Part shown: positions 1-11,880 of the stretch, piece after piece
Layout of the letters: every line of letters begins with the position of its first letter
Numbering within the stretch: the first letter of the stretch is position 1
Source: an uncultured Ectothiorhodospiraceae bacterium
GTDB lineage: Bacteria; Pseudomonadota; Gammaproteobacteria; GCA-002705445; GCA-002716945
Reading direction: 5' to 3'
Length of the DNA: 64,000 nt
Assembly (NCBI GenBank): GCA_964342155.1
Contig: CAYFEQ010000002.1
Location: 35,197 to 99,196, forward strand
Position numbers and translations under genes: made by a program
Notes under the pieces: model-generated
Seen by the model: the letters and a program-made list of their open reading frames with translations, nothing else
Told to the model about the DNA's origin: nothing
The model's database searches: none

Positions 1-1
1 A

Positions 2-412
2 TTAGAAAAAGATCTTGTTGCGGATGTATCGGAGGATTATATACTGTCAATCTTATTAGAGTATCCTTCTTTGCTTAGCCCTTATGAAGATAAAATTTTT
101 CCATTAATTGAGAATGCTACAATAAAAAATATACTCAAAAAAATTAGCATGCTAAATAAGAAGAATGATAAAAATAATGCTTCAATAATAATGGAAAACC
201 TTCCTGAAGAAAAAGATTTTATACAAGACCATATTACAAAAGAATTAGTGGATAAGGATATAGAATCATCATCTGAAACACTAAAATCAGTGATATTAAC
301 CTTAGAAAAAAGATATCTAGAAAATGAATATTTCTCTATTTTACAGAAGCATTCTAATGGAGAGAAATTGACTGAAAAAGAAAAGAAACTATTGAAGGAT
401 TTTAAAAAATAA
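2..412 (+). CDS. 3' end of an upstream gene truncated by the window edge; function unclear (open frame continues to position 2 without a stop)
   Basis: Reading frame of the 71..412 ORF stays open back to nt 2; no recognisable catalytic motif in the visible C-terminal ~137 aa (K/E-rich helical tail). Confidence 0.35.
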   Translation, partial: LEKDLVADVSEDYILSILLEYPSLLSPYEDKIFPLIENATIKNILKKISMLNKKNDKNNASIIMENLPEEKDFIQDHITKELVDKDIESSSETLKSVILTLEKRYLENEYFSILQKHSNGEKLTEKEKKLLKDFKK

Positions 413-463
413 TATTTTATTATACAAGCGGATAACAAAAATGTTATAGTCACTAAATTAATT

Positions 464-1636
464 ATGTCAAAGAGATTTCAATTTACATCTGAAAGCGTAT
501 CGCCAGGTCACCCTGATAAATTATGTGATCAGCTTTCAGATACGATTTTAGATAGCGTTCTATCATCTGATAAACATGCACGGATTGCCTGCGAAGTGCT
601 AGTTAAAGGAAAAAAAGGAAATCCAGGTCAAGTAGTAGTTGGTGGTGAAATTTCAACATCAAAACCCTTAGATTTTGAAAATAAAATAAGAGATGTTATT
701 ACGGGAATCGGTTATAACTCTGATGAACTTGGGTTCAATGGAGAATCATGTTCAATATCAACTTTTATTAACCAACAATCAACTGATATAAAAAAAGGAG
801 TAGACAGGGACAATATTCAAAAACAAGGTGCCGGTGATCAAGGGTTGATGTTTGGGTATGCAACTAATGAGACTGAAGTTTTGATGCCAGCTCCAATTTA
901 TTATGCGCACCGCTTGGTTGAAAAACAGGCAAAGATATTACAAGATAATTCTGTAGATTGGATAAGGCCTGACGCAAAAAGTCAGATTACTTTTTTGTAT
1001 GAAGATGGTAAGCCAACACTCGTAGATACAGTTGTTTTATCTACACAACATAATGAAAATATATCCGCTGAAAAAATAGGAGATTTTGTCATTAATCAAA
1101 TTATAAAAGAAGTAATACCAACTAAATATCTACATGCTAAAACAAAATATTTTGTAAATCCAACTGGCAGTTTTATCGAAGGTGGTCCCATGGGTGACTG
1201 CGGACTAACTGGTAGAAAAATAATTGTTGATACTTACGGGGGTATGGCTAGACATGGAGGTGGAGCATTTTCTGGTAAGGATCCATCTAAAGTTGATCGT
1301 TCTGCTGCCTATATGTGTCGTTATGTAGCAAAAAATATAGTTGCTTCTGGTATTGCGGAGAAATGTGAGATACAGGTTTCTTATGCTATAGGTGTTGATA
1401 AACCCACTTCGATTGCTATAGATACATTCGGTACTGGAAAAATTGATGAAAATAAGATTGTTGATATCGTCCAGAATGTTTTTGATTTAACACCATTTGG
1501 AATCATTGAATCTTTAGACTTATTAAACAAAAAATATTTTCCTACATCCGTGTTTGGACATTTCGGAAGAGATGGTTCTAATTTCTCATGGGAACAAGTA
1601 GATAAGGTTGATATACTCAAGGAAGAAGCATTTTAA
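464..1636 (+). CDS. metK: S-adenosylmethionine synthetase
   Basis: Full-length 390 aa; N-terminal [18 protein letters not shown] and C-terminal [15 protein letters not shown] MetK hallmarks. Confidence 0.95.
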   Translation: MSKRFQFTSESVSPGHPDKLCDQLSDTILDSVLSSDKHARIACEVLVKGKKGNPGQVVVGGEISTSKPLDFENKIRDVITGIGYNSDELGFNGESCSISTFINQQSTDIKKGVDRDNIQKQGAGDQGLMFGYATNETEVLMPAPIYYAHRLVEKQAKILQDNSVDWIRPDAKSQITFLYEDGKPTLVDTVVLSTQHNENISAEKIGDFVINQIIKEVIPTKYLHAKTKYFVNPTGSFIEGGPMGDCGLTGRKIIVDTYGGMARHGGGAFSGKDPSKVDRSAAYMCRYVAKNIVASGIAEKCEIQVSYAIGVDKPTSIAIDTFGTGKIDENKIVDIVQNVFDLTPFGIIESLDLLNKKYFPTSVFGHFGRDGSNFSWEQVDKVDILKEEAF

Positions 1637-2965
<1,329 letters not shown>

Positions 2966-3003
2966 AATTATTAAACTTAATACTCTATTTTTAAATCTTC
3001 AAT

Positions 3004-4368
3004 ATGTCTTCTAAAAAAAAGAACAATTCAAAAAAAATTGTTGAAAGAGATTTAAAGGTATTATGGCATCCTTGTACACAAATGAAGGACCATGAAAATA
3101 TACCTTTGATACCAATTAAATCTGGTAAAGGGGTCTGGCTCAAAGATTACAATGGTAAAAAATATATTGATGCAATAAGCTCCTGGTGGGTGAATCTTTT
3201 TGGGCACTGCAACCCATATATAAATAAAAAAATTGGAACTCAACTCAAAAATTTAGAACATGTTTTGTTAGCTGGGTTCACTCATTTGCCTGCTATTAAT
3301 TTATCTGAAAAATTAATTAAACTTACTCCAAAAAAAATAACTAAATGTTTTTTCACAGATAATGGTTCGTCTTCAATAGATGCTGCTATGAAAATGAGTT
3401 TTCATTATTGGAAAAATATAGGATATAAGAAGAAAAGAAAGTTTATTGCTTTAACTAATAGCTATCATGGAGAAACGCTTGGTTCACTATCTGTCAGCAA
3501 TATAGACCTTTATAAAAAAACATATAGAGAAATTCTAAAAAATACAATTATGGTTACATCACCGGATTGTTTTTATAAAGATCAAAAAGATTCAGATAAA
3601 AAACATACCGCTAAAATGTTTGACGAAATGTTGAATGTGATAGAAAAGAACCATAATGATGTTTGCGCAGTTATTATTGAACCATTGGTTCAGTGTGCTG
3701 GGTATATGAGAATGTATCATGAAATCTATCTGTCCATGCTAAGACAGGCATGCACAAAATATAAAATACATTTAATTGTAGATGAAATTGCTGTAGGTTT
3801 TGGAAGAACAGGAACCATGTTTGCTTTTGAAAAATCAAATATCACTCCTGATATTATATGTACCTCTAAAGGTATTACAGGAGGATATATGACATTATCC
3901 TCCATCCTTACAACTGAAGAGATTTATAATGCCTTCTATGATGAATATACTAAATTAAATGCTTTTTTACATTCACATAGTTATACAGCAAACCCAATTG
4001 CATGCACTGCTGCTTGTGCGTCATTAGATTTATTTGAAAAACTTAATACCCTAAAAAACAATAAAAAACTTTCAGATTATATCTATAAAAAGATTTCACA
4101 CTTAGCTGAACATCCTAATATTGCTGAAGTCCGTCAAAAAGGAATGATTACAGCCGTAGAGATGGTGAAAGATAAATTAAAAAGAACGCCATATAGCTGG
4201 AAAGAAAGAAGAGGTATAAAAGCTTATATGTATGGATTAAAAAATAATGTTTTAATTCGTCCTCTAGGTAATGTTATTTATTTCATGCCTCCTTATGTAA
4301 TTACACCTAAAGAAATTGATAAGGTGATTGAAGTGATTGAAGGTTCTATAAATGAAGCAACCAAATAA
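3004..4368 (+). CDS. bioA: Adenosylmethionine-8-amino-7-oxononanoate aminotransferase (class III PLP aminotransferase)
   Basis: WHPCTQM N-terminus, SSWW, DEIAVGFGRTG PLP-lysine region, strong colinearity with E. coli BioA. Confidence 0.85.
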   Translation: MSSKKKNNSKKIVERDLKVLWHPCTQMKDHENIPLIPIKSGKGVWLKDYNGKKYIDAISSWWVNLFGHCNPYINKKIGTQLKNLEHVLLAGFTHLPAINLSEKLIKLTPKKITKCFFTDNGSSSIDAAMKMSFHYWKNIGYKKKRKFIALTNSYHGETLGSLSVSNIDLYKKTYREILKNTIMVTSPDCFYKDQKDSDKKHTAKMFDEMLNVIEKNHNDVCAVIIEPLVQCAGYMRMYHEIYLSMLRQACTKYKIHLIVDEIAVGFGRTGTMFAFEKSNITPDIICTSKGITGGYMTLSSILTTEEIYNAFYDEYTKLNAFLHSHSYTANPIACTAACASLDLFEKLNTLKNNKKLSDYIYKKISHLAEHPNIAEVRQKGMITAVEMVKDKLKRTPYSWKERRGIKAYMYGLKNNVLIRPLGNVIYFMPPYVITPKEIDKVIEVIEGSINEATK

Positions 4369-5065
4369 ACAGCATAGAATATTTATAAATACATCCATTA
4401 ATATAAATCAAGAAATATGCTGCCCTCAAGAAACTATGCATCATATAAAAAAAGTCCTTAGGGTTAAAAAAAATGAAAAAATCATAATTTTTAATGGTAA
4501 TGGTGAAGAATTTGAAGGTCATTTAATAAATAGAAAAGATGAAAAAATAAAAATCACAGGACTATTAAAAAAAGCTAACAAAACTGATAAAAAAATAATC
4601 TTAGCTCAGTGTATATCTAGCAATAAACATATGGATTTTGCTATCCAAAAGTCAGTTGAAATAGGAATAGATATTATAGTTCCAGTAATATCTATAAGAA
4701 GTCAGCCAGGCAATCATCTAAAGAAAAAAGAGCATTGGAAAAAAATTATAATTCATGCTATTGAACAATCACATGGGCTTTTTATACCTGAACTTTTTGA
4801 AATAATTGATTTTAAGAAGATTATTTCTCATGAAAAATTCAAAAATTTTCATAAAATATTATTTCACCAATCAGGTAGAAGGATTATTGCTGGAGATTCA
4901 GATTCTAATCATATAATTTTTTTGATTGGCCCGGAAGGTGGGTTTGATCATACAGAAATAGAAGATGCAACAAAAGAAAATTGGAATATAATAAGTTTAG
5001 GAGATAGAGTTCTTAGAACAGAAACAGCAGCTATAGTGGCACAAACACTATTGAAAGATTTCTAA
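4352..5065 (+). CDS. rsmE: 16S rRNA (uracil1498-N3)-methyltransferase
   Basis: 237 aa, aligns end-to-end with E. coli RsmE (HIxxVLR..., GPEGGF, RVLRTETAA C-terminus); overlaps bioA by 17 nt. Confidence 0.8.
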   Translation: MKQPNKQHRIFINTSININQEICCPQETMHHIKKVLRVKKNEKIIIFNGNGEEFEGHLINRKDEKIKITGLLKKANKTDKKIILAQCISSNKHMDFAIQKSVEIGIDIIVPVISIRSQPGNHLKKKEHWKKIIIHAIEQSHGLFIPELFEIIDFKKIISHEKFKNFHKILFHQSGRRIIAGDSDSNHIIFLIGPEGGFDHTEIEDATKENWNIISLGDRVLRTETAAIVAQTLLKDF

Positions 5066-5073
5066 TTATTAAA

Positions 5074-6327
5074 ATGAACAAACAAATTAAAGTAGAATAT
5101 ATAAAAGAGTTTATAGATGAGAGCCTGCATTCTTGTATCATAGATAATCATAATCAAATTGAAACATGGTTTAGAAGGCAATGGATTAAATACCCTCCAC
5201 CATTTTACAGTTCGATAGATATCAGAAATTCTGGATTCAAAATTGCTCCAATAGATACAAACCTTTTCCCAGCTGGTTTTAATAATTTGAATAAAGATTT
5301 TGAGTTTCTTTATATTGCGGCAATACAACATATTTTGGAAAGAGTATCAGAGAACATTTCTAAAATTTTAATAATTCCAGAAAACCATACCAGAAACAAA
5401 TTTTATCTAAAAAGTTTAGATACTCTTGTAGATTTAATTAAAAAATCTGGTTATGAGGTACGTGTAGCTAGAATACAAAGCGAACAGGCTCTTGAATTAA
5501 AAAGTGAAAATATTATTAGAAAAAATGATTATTTACTTCTTGGAGATTACAACCCCGACGTTATTATTCTTAATAATGATTTATCGGATGGAGTCCCTGC
5601 TCTTCTTAATGGAATAAAACAGCCGATTTTGCCAGATAAAAATATGGGCTGGTCTAATAGATCAAAGACAATACATTTCGATTATTACAGCGATATAGTA
5701 AATAGTTTTTCAAGAATTCTTAATATCGATGGATGGCTATTAGAGCCCCAATTTAGAAATTGTGGAGAAATAGATTTTCAAACTAAGCAAGGAGAAGATT
5801 GTTTGTTATATAATGCCAATAAACTCTTCAATCTAATACAAAAAAAATATGATGAATATTCAATAAATGAAAAACCTTATATAATGATTAAAGCAGATTC
5901 TGGTACATATGGCATGGGTATAATGAGAGTTGATAACCTAGAAATATTAAAAAACTTAAATAGAAAGCAAAGAATAAAAATGTCAAAAATCAAAGGTGGT
6001 AATAAATTAGATAGAGTTATATTACAAGAAGGAATATATTCTTATGAACACTTAAAACCCTCCGACCATGTAGCTGAGCCAGTAATATATTCATTTGGAA
6101 GTAATCTTGTAGGAGGTTTTTACAGATTGCATAATATGAAAAATAATTCTGAGAATCTAAATGCACCAGGAATGATTTTTCACCCAATTCCTTTTGAAAA
6201 TGCATGTTTAACACCTAATACTGATGAAGCAATTTATTCTGAAACAAACAAATTTTATATTTATGGGGTTGTTGCAAGACTTGCAATATTAGCCGCAGCA
6301 AAAGAAATCTATAATCTTGGAGATTAG
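5074..6327 (+). CDS. gshA: Putative glutamate--cysteine ligase of the short proteobacterial (non-E. coli) type
   Basis: 417 aa; YPPPFYSSIDIRNSGFKIAPIDTNLFPAGFNNL motif recalled from the ~430-aa GshA family; overlaps gshB directly downstream. Confidence 0.55.
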   Translation: MNKQIKVEYIKEFIDESLHSCIIDNHNQIETWFRRQWIKYPPPFYSSIDIRNSGFKIAPIDTNLFPAGFNNLNKDFEFLYIAAIQHILERVSENISKILIIPENHTRNKFYLKSLDTLVDLIKKSGYEVRVARIQSEQALELKSENIIRKNDYLLLGDYNPDVIILNNDLSDGVPALLNGIKQPILPDKNMGWSNRSKTIHFDYYSDIVNSFSRILNIDGWLLEPQFRNCGEIDFQTKQGEDCLLYNANKLFNLIQKKYDEYSINEKPYIMIKADSGTYGMGIMRVDNLEILKNLNRKQRIKMSKIKGGNKLDRVILQEGIYSYEHLKPSDHVAEPVIYSFGSNLVGGFYRLHNMKNNSENLNAPGMIFHPIPFENACLTPNTDEAIYSETNKFYIYGVVARLAILAAAKEIYNLGD

Positions 6328-7288
6328 ATTGTTTAAATTTGGCTTTATCATGGATCCAATTGAAACAATTAATCCTGAGTGGGACAGTACATTTGCATTA
6401 ATGTTGGCATTACAAAATAAAGGGTTGATAGAATATATTAAACCAAACAGTCTATGCCTTAAAGAAAAAAAAGTTTTTGCACATTCTTCTATAATTAAAG
6501 TTTCAAGAAATAAAAAAAAATATTTTGAAATATCAAAATCTAGACCTGTTAACCTAAATAAATTTGATTGTATATTATTCAGAAATAATCCACCCGTAGA
6601 TGACAACTATATTCATACAACATATTTGTTAGATCAAGTAGAAACTAATGGGACTTTGATTATCAATTCACCACAAGCTTTAAGAGATTTCAATGAAAAG
6701 ATTTTGGGAGTTAATTTTATTGAAAAGGAACTTCCTATGATAATAACTAGTAACATTAATACTATTAAAAAATTTATACAGCAACACAAAAAAGTTGTAA
6801 TAAAGCCATTAAATCTAATGGCAGGGAAATCTATATCCTTAATTAAAAATACTGATAAAAATATTGACAAAATAATTGGAAAGATTACTGATGAAGGGAA
6901 AAGACTTGTCATGACGCAAAAATTTATAAAAGAAATTGTCAAGGGTGATACAAGAGTTATTATATATAATGGAATTCCTTATGAAAAAGTACTAGTCAGG
7001 TTTCCTCCAAAAAATGATTTTCGTGCAAACTTAGCATATGGTGGAAAATTTTTTATTAGGAATATGCAAAAACGCCATAAAAGTCTTCTAACAAAAATTG
7101 CAATTTATTTAAAAGTAAACAGAATTTACCTTGCTGGTGTTGATATGATTGGTGATTATGTTACAGAAATTAATATAACTTCACCATCAGGTATACAAGA
7201 GATTGATAAAGCAACTAAGTTTGACCTGAGTAAACAAATAACAAAAGAGTTTATTCATACTTTAAAGACTTACTATAATCATGGATAA
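6317..7288 (+). CDS. gshB: Glutathione synthetase (ATP-grasp)
   Basis: 323 aa; N-terminal MDPIE...DSTFALML, ATP-grasp C-terminal half colinear with E. coli GshB. Confidence 0.85.
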   Translation: MEIRLFKFGFIMDPIETINPEWDSTFALMLALQNKGLIEYIKPNSLCLKEKKVFAHSSIIKVSRNKKKYFEISKSRPVNLNKFDCILFRNNPPVDDNYIHTTYLLDQVETNGTLIINSPQALRDFNEKILGVNFIEKELPMIITSNINTIKKFIQQHKKVVIKPLNLMAGKSISLIKNTDKNIDKIIGKITDEGKRLVMTQKFIKEIVKGDTRVIIYNGIPYEKVLVRFPPKNDFRANLAYGGKFFIRNMQKRHKSLLTKIAIYLKVNRIYLAGVDMIGDYVTEINITSPSGIQEIDKATKFDLSKQITKEFIHTLKTYYNHG

Positions 7289-7733
7289 AAAAGATTCTAC
7301 AAATGATGATATGATTCTTTTTGGTGTTGATTTTGGATTAAAAAAAATTGGTATAGCAATTGGTCAAAATGTAACAAAGAGAGCGTCACCCCTTACAATA
7401 ATCTATAATAAAAAAGATGTTATTAATTGGGATGAATTAGAAAAAATAATTAAAAAATGGTCTCCTAAAGTATTAATAGTTGGTCAACCAGTGGTTAGAA
7501 AAGAAAATAATTTTACTAAAGCTCTAGACACTTTCAATAAAGAGTTATCTAAAAGATACGGCAATAGACTGAAGATTATAAAATATTCTGAAGAATATAC
7601 TACGGAAGAGAGTAAACATATATATAAAGAAATGAGGCAAAATCAGGAAAAAATAAATAAAAAATACCATTTAGATGATCTCGCTGCCTCAATAATCTTG
7701 CAAAGCTGGCTTAATGAAAATATGATAAGTTGA
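7281..7733 (+). CDS. ruvX: Holliday-junction resolvase-like / pre-16S rRNA nuclease YqgF
   Basis: 150 aa; ILFGVDFGLKKIGIAIG RNase H-fold N-terminus; conserved position after gshB. Confidence 0.85.
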   Translation: MDKKDSTNDDMILFGVDFGLKKIGIAIGQNVTKRASPLTIIYNKKDVINWDELEKIIKKWSPKVLIVGQPVVRKENNFTKALDTFNKELSKRYGNRLKIIKYSEEYTTEESKHIYKEMRQNQEKINKKYHLDDLAASIILQSWLNENMIS

Positions 7734-7737
7734 TAAT

Positions 7738-8694
7738 ATGAATTTTGATTATAAAATCCAATTTAACTCAAAAAACCAACTCAAACATCTTCTTAATGTT
7801 GAATCACTCAAATTAGAGCATATAAATGAAATTATCAGTCTTGCAGAATACTACGAAAATGAAAAAATAAAAAAGTTCAATGACCTTAATGGTAAAACAA
7901 TAGCTAATCTATTTTTTGAGCCTAGTACTAGGACGAAAACCACATTTGAGCTGGCTTCAAAAAGACTTTCAGCAGACTTTATAAATATAGATGTCGCTAA
8001 TTCTTCAACAAATAAAGGTGAATCTGTTCTAGATATGATAAAAACGCTAGAAGCTATGAACTGTGACATGTTTATTGTTAGGCATTCAGTATCTGGTACA
8101 TCACATTACGTTGCCCAAGAAGTTGATAAAAATATTGCAGTTATTAATGCAGGAGATGGTTCCCATGCTCATCCTACTCAAGCAATGCTTGATATGTATA
8201 CAATAAAAAAAAATAAAGGTGATTTTCAAAACTTAAATATTTCTATTGTTGGTGATATTTTACATTCAAGAGTTGCAAGATCTACTTTAGCAGCACTCAA
8301 AATTCTATCTGTGAAAAATATCAACATGGTTGGTCCAAAAAATTTAATGCCAGAAAATATTAATGAGTTAGATGCAAACTATATACAAAATTTAGAGGAA
8401 GGAATAACAGATGCAGATGTTATCATCATGTTGAGATTACAAAAAGAAAGAATGCATGAGGCATTGATTTCTACTGATGAGTATTATAAAACATATGGCC
8501 TTACTGAAAAAAAAATAAAGTCTGCCAAAAAAGATGTAATAGTGATGCACCCTGGTCCAATTAATAGAGGGATTGAGATTGACTCAAAGGTAGCAGATGG
8601 AAAAAATTCAGTAATCTTAGACCAGGTATCATCTGGAATTGCAATAAGAATGGCTATTATGTCACTAATTTTCAAAAATAGAAAATCGAATTGA
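7738..8694 (+). CDS. pyrB: Aspartate carbamoyltransferase catalytic chain
   Basis: 318 aa; STRTK carbamoyl-phosphate motif, HPTQ, HPGP; Pseudomonas-like position after ruvX. Confidence 0.9.
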   Translation: MNFDYKIQFNSKNQLKHLLNVESLKLEHINEIISLAEYYENEKIKKFNDLNGKTIANLFFEPSTRTKTTFELASKRLSADFINIDVANSSTNKGESVLDMIKTLEAMNCDMFIVRHSVSGTSHYVAQEVDKNIAVINAGDGSHAHPTQAMLDMYTIKKNKGDFQNLNISIVGDILHSRVARSTLAALKILSVKNINMVGPKNLMPENINELDANYIQNLEEGITDADVIIMLRLQKERMHEALISTDEYYKTYGLTEKKIKSAKKDVIVMHPGPINRGIEIDSKVADGKNSVILDQVSSGIAIRMAIMSLIFKNRKSN

Positions 8695-9371
8695 TGGATA
8701 TAAATTTTTCTGAAAAATTACAGAATCTTAATCAAGAAATTAAAAAACACCTAAAATGTCCTTATGAAAATTTTAAATTAATCATAGTTACAAAAACACA
8801 AGATAATAAAGAAATTTCAGAAATTATTAAGTTAGGACATAAAGTATTTGCAGAAAACTATGTAGAGGAAGCTATAAAAAAGATAGATCATTTCAAAAAA
8901 AAAGATTTGGAATGGCATTTTATAGGAAGAATACAATCAAATAAGGTTAAAAAGATTTGCAAGTATTTCGACTGGGTGCAAACTATCTGTTCTGAAAGAC
9001 ATGCAACAATTTTAGATAATGAATGTCAAAAAATGAATAAAAATATGAATATCTGTATTCAGATTAATATAGATAATGAGGAATCTAAATCAGGAATTCA
9101 GATTAATAATCTAAATAATTTTATAAAAAATATATCTAGCCTAAAAAATATAACAATTAGAGGCTTAATGGCTATTCCATCAAAAACTAATATTTTGAAG
9201 GAGAAGGAAGATTCGTATACTATACTGAGATTAGCATTTGAAAAACTTAATACTGAAATGAAAGACTTTGATACATTATCTATAGGGATGAGCAATGACT
9301 ATATATGTGCATTACAAAATGGATCTACAATGCTAAGAATTGGTCAATATATATTTGGTGAAAGGAAATGA
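8691..9371 (+). CDS. yggS: PLP homeostasis protein YggS (alanine racemase N-domain fold)
   Basis: 226 aa; HFIGRIQSNK, GLMAIP, SIGMSND motifs colinear with E. coli YggS. Confidence 0.85.
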   Translation: MMDINFSEKLQNLNQEIKKHLKCPYENFKLIIVTKTQDNKEISEIIKLGHKVFAENYVEEAIKKIDHFKKKDLEWHFIGRIQSNKVKKICKYFDWVQTICSERHATILDNECQKMNKNMNICIQINIDNEESKSGIQINNLNNFIKNISSLKNITIRGLMAIPSKTNILKEKEDSYTILRLAFEKLNTEMKDFDTLSIGMSNDYICALQNGSTMLRIGQYIFGERK

Positions 9372-10177
9372 ATAATAATATTGGCATTATAGGGGTAGGC
9401 AATATAACACAAATACTACTAAAAAGGCTGATTGATAATAAATTTAAGGGCAAGATATTTATTCATGATATTGATAAAAATAAAAAGAAATATTCAATAG
9501 GAAATAAAATAATATTCAAAAAAGATTTGGAAGGATTATTAAGCGATACTGATTTAGTTTTGATTGCTGTAAAACCAAAAGATTATATAAAAATTTGTGC
9601 CAATATAAAAAACTTTATAAATTCTAGAACTGTGGTAATGACCTTAATGGCTGGTGTTACATCTAAAAATATTTCAAAGCATCTTAAAAATCCAAAACTT
9701 CCAATCATTAGAGTTATGACAAATATTAATGGGAAATTTGGATATGCAGTTACTTTTTTACATCATAATAAACATGTAACTAATAATAAACTTGCCAAAG
9801 TTAAAGCTTTTTGGAAAAATTTTGGTTCAGTTAATACTGCTCAATCAGAAATTGAAATGGATAAGGTGACTGCTCTACTTGGAAGTGGTCCAGCATATTT
9901 TCTTGAGTTTACTCAATCATTAATAAGAATACTTCAAAATTTTGGATTTTCTAAAGAAAAATCAAATAAATATATAAGTGAACTATTTTTTGGAACAGCC
10001 TATCTTTGTAATAATGATATTCGAACTATTGATAAAATAAAACAAACAGTTGCTTCAAAAGGTGGGACTACAGAATCAGCTCTTAAATCTTTAAAAAAAA
10101 ACAAATTTCAAAAAATACTAGAGAAGTCTATTACTGATGCATTTAAAAGAGCAAAATCTATTAGTAAGGAAAATTAA
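9368..10177 (+). CDS. proC: Pyrroline-5-carboxylate reductase
   Basis: 269 aa; Rossmann IGIIGVGN, LGSGPAYFLEF, C-terminal ASKGGTTE. Confidence 0.85.
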   Translation: MNNNIGIIGVGNITQILLKRLIDNKFKGKIFIHDIDKNKKKYSIGNKIIFKKDLEGLLSDTDLVLIAVKPKDYIKICANIKNFINSRTVVMTLMAGVTSKNISKHLKNPKLPIIRVMTNINGKFGYAVTFLHHNKHVTNNKLAKVKAFWKNFGSVNTAQSEIEMDKVTALLGSGPAYFLEFTQSLIRILQNFGFSKEKSNKYISELFFGTAYLCNNDIRTIDKIKQTVASKGGTTESALKSLKKNKFQKILEKSITDAFKRAKSISKEN

Positions 10178-10747
10178 ATGACACCCTATCTTTCAGATCC
10201 AGTTTTATTAATAATAGGAACAGCATTAGGGTTTCTAAAGTATATTATGATTTTTAGGCTATTATTTGAAGTTGCAAGTGTTAATTTCTACAATCCTTTA
10301 TGTCAAGCAGTCGTAAAAATAACTAATCCAATTATCTTACCATTTTCGATAATTTCAATGCGTATAGCTAAATTTGATATTATAATAATCTTGCTTATCA
10401 TATTTATTTTTGGATTAGAAATAATTTTTCCTTATTTATTCCAAAGCATTGATTTTAATATAATGCATATTTTAATTTACGCATTTGGTTTATTTCTCAA
10501 AACTGTTTTAAATATATATTTTTGGTTAATAATTATAGGAGCAATAGCTAGTTGGTTTTTTATGTATAATAATCACCCATTATTTTCTTTAGTGAATGAA
10601 CTCTGTAATCCATTATACCAACCTGTGAGAAATATAATGCCTCCTATGTCAGGTATTGATTTTTCACCAATCATTTTACTCTTACTAATTCAACTAACAG
10701 AGATGTTAATTGTTAGGCCTATTTTTGGATTAATCAATTTCTTCTAG
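10178..10747 (+). CDS. yggT: YggT-family integral membrane protein
   Basis: 189 aa, multiple TM helices, conserved yggS-proC-yggT order. Confidence 0.7.
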   Translation: MTPYLSDPVLLIIGTALGFLKYIMIFRLLFEVASVNFYNPLCQAVVKITNPIILPFSIISMRIAKFDIIIILLIIFIFGLEIIFPYLFQSIDFNIMHILIYAFGLFLKTVLNIYFWLIIIGAIASWFFMYNNHPLFSLVNELCNPLYQPVRNIMPPMSGIDFSPIILLLLIQLTEMLIVRPIFGLINFF

Positions 10748-10749
10748 TT

Positions 10750-11880
10750 ATGAATAAAGAAAATACAATTGGCTTAGTTACACCTGAAGTTATGACAGTT
10801 CAAGAGAAACTTATTCTCGAATCTGGAAAAACGCTTGATAGTTTTGACATTACTTTTGAGGTTTATGGGAAACTTAATAAAGATAAATCAAATGCTGTTC
10901 TTATTTGTCATGCTCTTTCTGGCAATCACCATGTTGCAGGGTATCATGATGGTGATGAAAAACCTGGATGGTGGGATAACATGATAGGCCCAAATAAGCC
11001 AATCAATACTGAAAAGTTTTTTGTTGTATCTTTAAATAATTTAGGAGGATGTCATGGTTCAACTGGTCCCACAAGTATGGATCCTAAGACTAAAAAATAC
11101 TTTGGCTCTAATTTTCCAATAGTAACTGTTGGAGATTGGGTAAATGTACAAAAAATATTAATGGATCATTTAAAAATACCCTATTGGCAAATCATAGTAG
11201 GTGGAAGCCTTGGTGGAATGCAATCTTTTCAATGGGCTATACAATATCCTTCACTAATTAAAAATTCAATAATTATTGCTGCTGCACCGCGTTTGACAGC
11301 TCAAAATATAGCTTTCAATGAAGTAGCAAGGCAAGCAATTATGAAAGATCCGAATTGGCATGGCGGAAATTATCTCGAAAAAAATACATCTCCTGAGCAA
11401 GGATTAGCATTAGCAAGAATGTTAGGCCATATAACATATTTATCGGATGAGTCTATGGGAGAAAAATTTGGTAGGGACTTAAAAAAATCAAAATTAGGGT
11501 TTGATTTTGACGTTGAGTTTCAAATAGAAAGTTATCTTCGATATCAAGGCGAAAAGTTTGTTTCATCTTTCGATGCAAATACATATCTATTAATGACAAA
11601 AGCTCTTGATTATTATGACCCATTGAAAGATTTCGGTGAAAAATTTTATGAAAGATTAAGAGAAACAGATTGTAAGTTTTTAGTAGTTTCTTTTACCTCA
11701 GATTGGAGATTTCCACCAGTGAGATCAAGAGAAATTGTAAAAATGTTACTGCATTCCGAAAAAAATGTTAGTTACTCTGAAATTATTTCTGGTGGCGGGC
11801 ATGATGCTTTTTTGATGGAAAATAAAGACTATTTTCAGATTATGAGATTTTTTATAGATGAGGTCCATAACAGTGTTTAG
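10750..11880 (+). CDS. metX: Homoserine O-acyltransferase (MetX, alpha/beta hydrolase)
   Basis: 376 aa; GGSLGGMQ nucleophile elbow, colinear with MetX. Confidence 0.9.
   Translation: MNKENTIGLVTPEVMTVQEKLILESGKTLDSFDITFEVYGKLNKDKSNAVLICHALSGNHHVAGYHDGDEKPGWWDNMIGPNKPINTEKFFVVSLNNLGGCHGSTGPTSMDPKTKKYFGSNFPIVTVGDWVNVQKILMDHLKIPYWQIIVGGSLGGMQSFQWAIQYPSLIKNSIIIAAAPRLTAQNIAFNEVARQAIMKDPNWHGGNYLEKNTSPEQGLALARMLGHITYLSDESMGEKFGRDLKKSKLGFDFDVEFQIESYLRYQGEKFVSSFDANTYLLMTKALDYYDPLKDFGEKFYERLRETDCKFLVVSFTSDWRFPPVRSREIVKMLLHSEKNVSYSEIISGGGHDAFLMENKDYFQIMRFFIDEVHNSV

Noticed and set aside
82-453. 123-aa minus-strand ORF
   Set aside because: Antisense shadow of the open frame that continues from the window edge. 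Phe/Ser-rich low-complexity translation.
412-464. SAM riboswitch upstream of metK, and TPP riboswitch upstream of thiE (58749-58788)
   Set aside because: The spacers are only about 50 and 40 bp, too short for either aptamer, and no conserved riboswitch core motifs are visible.
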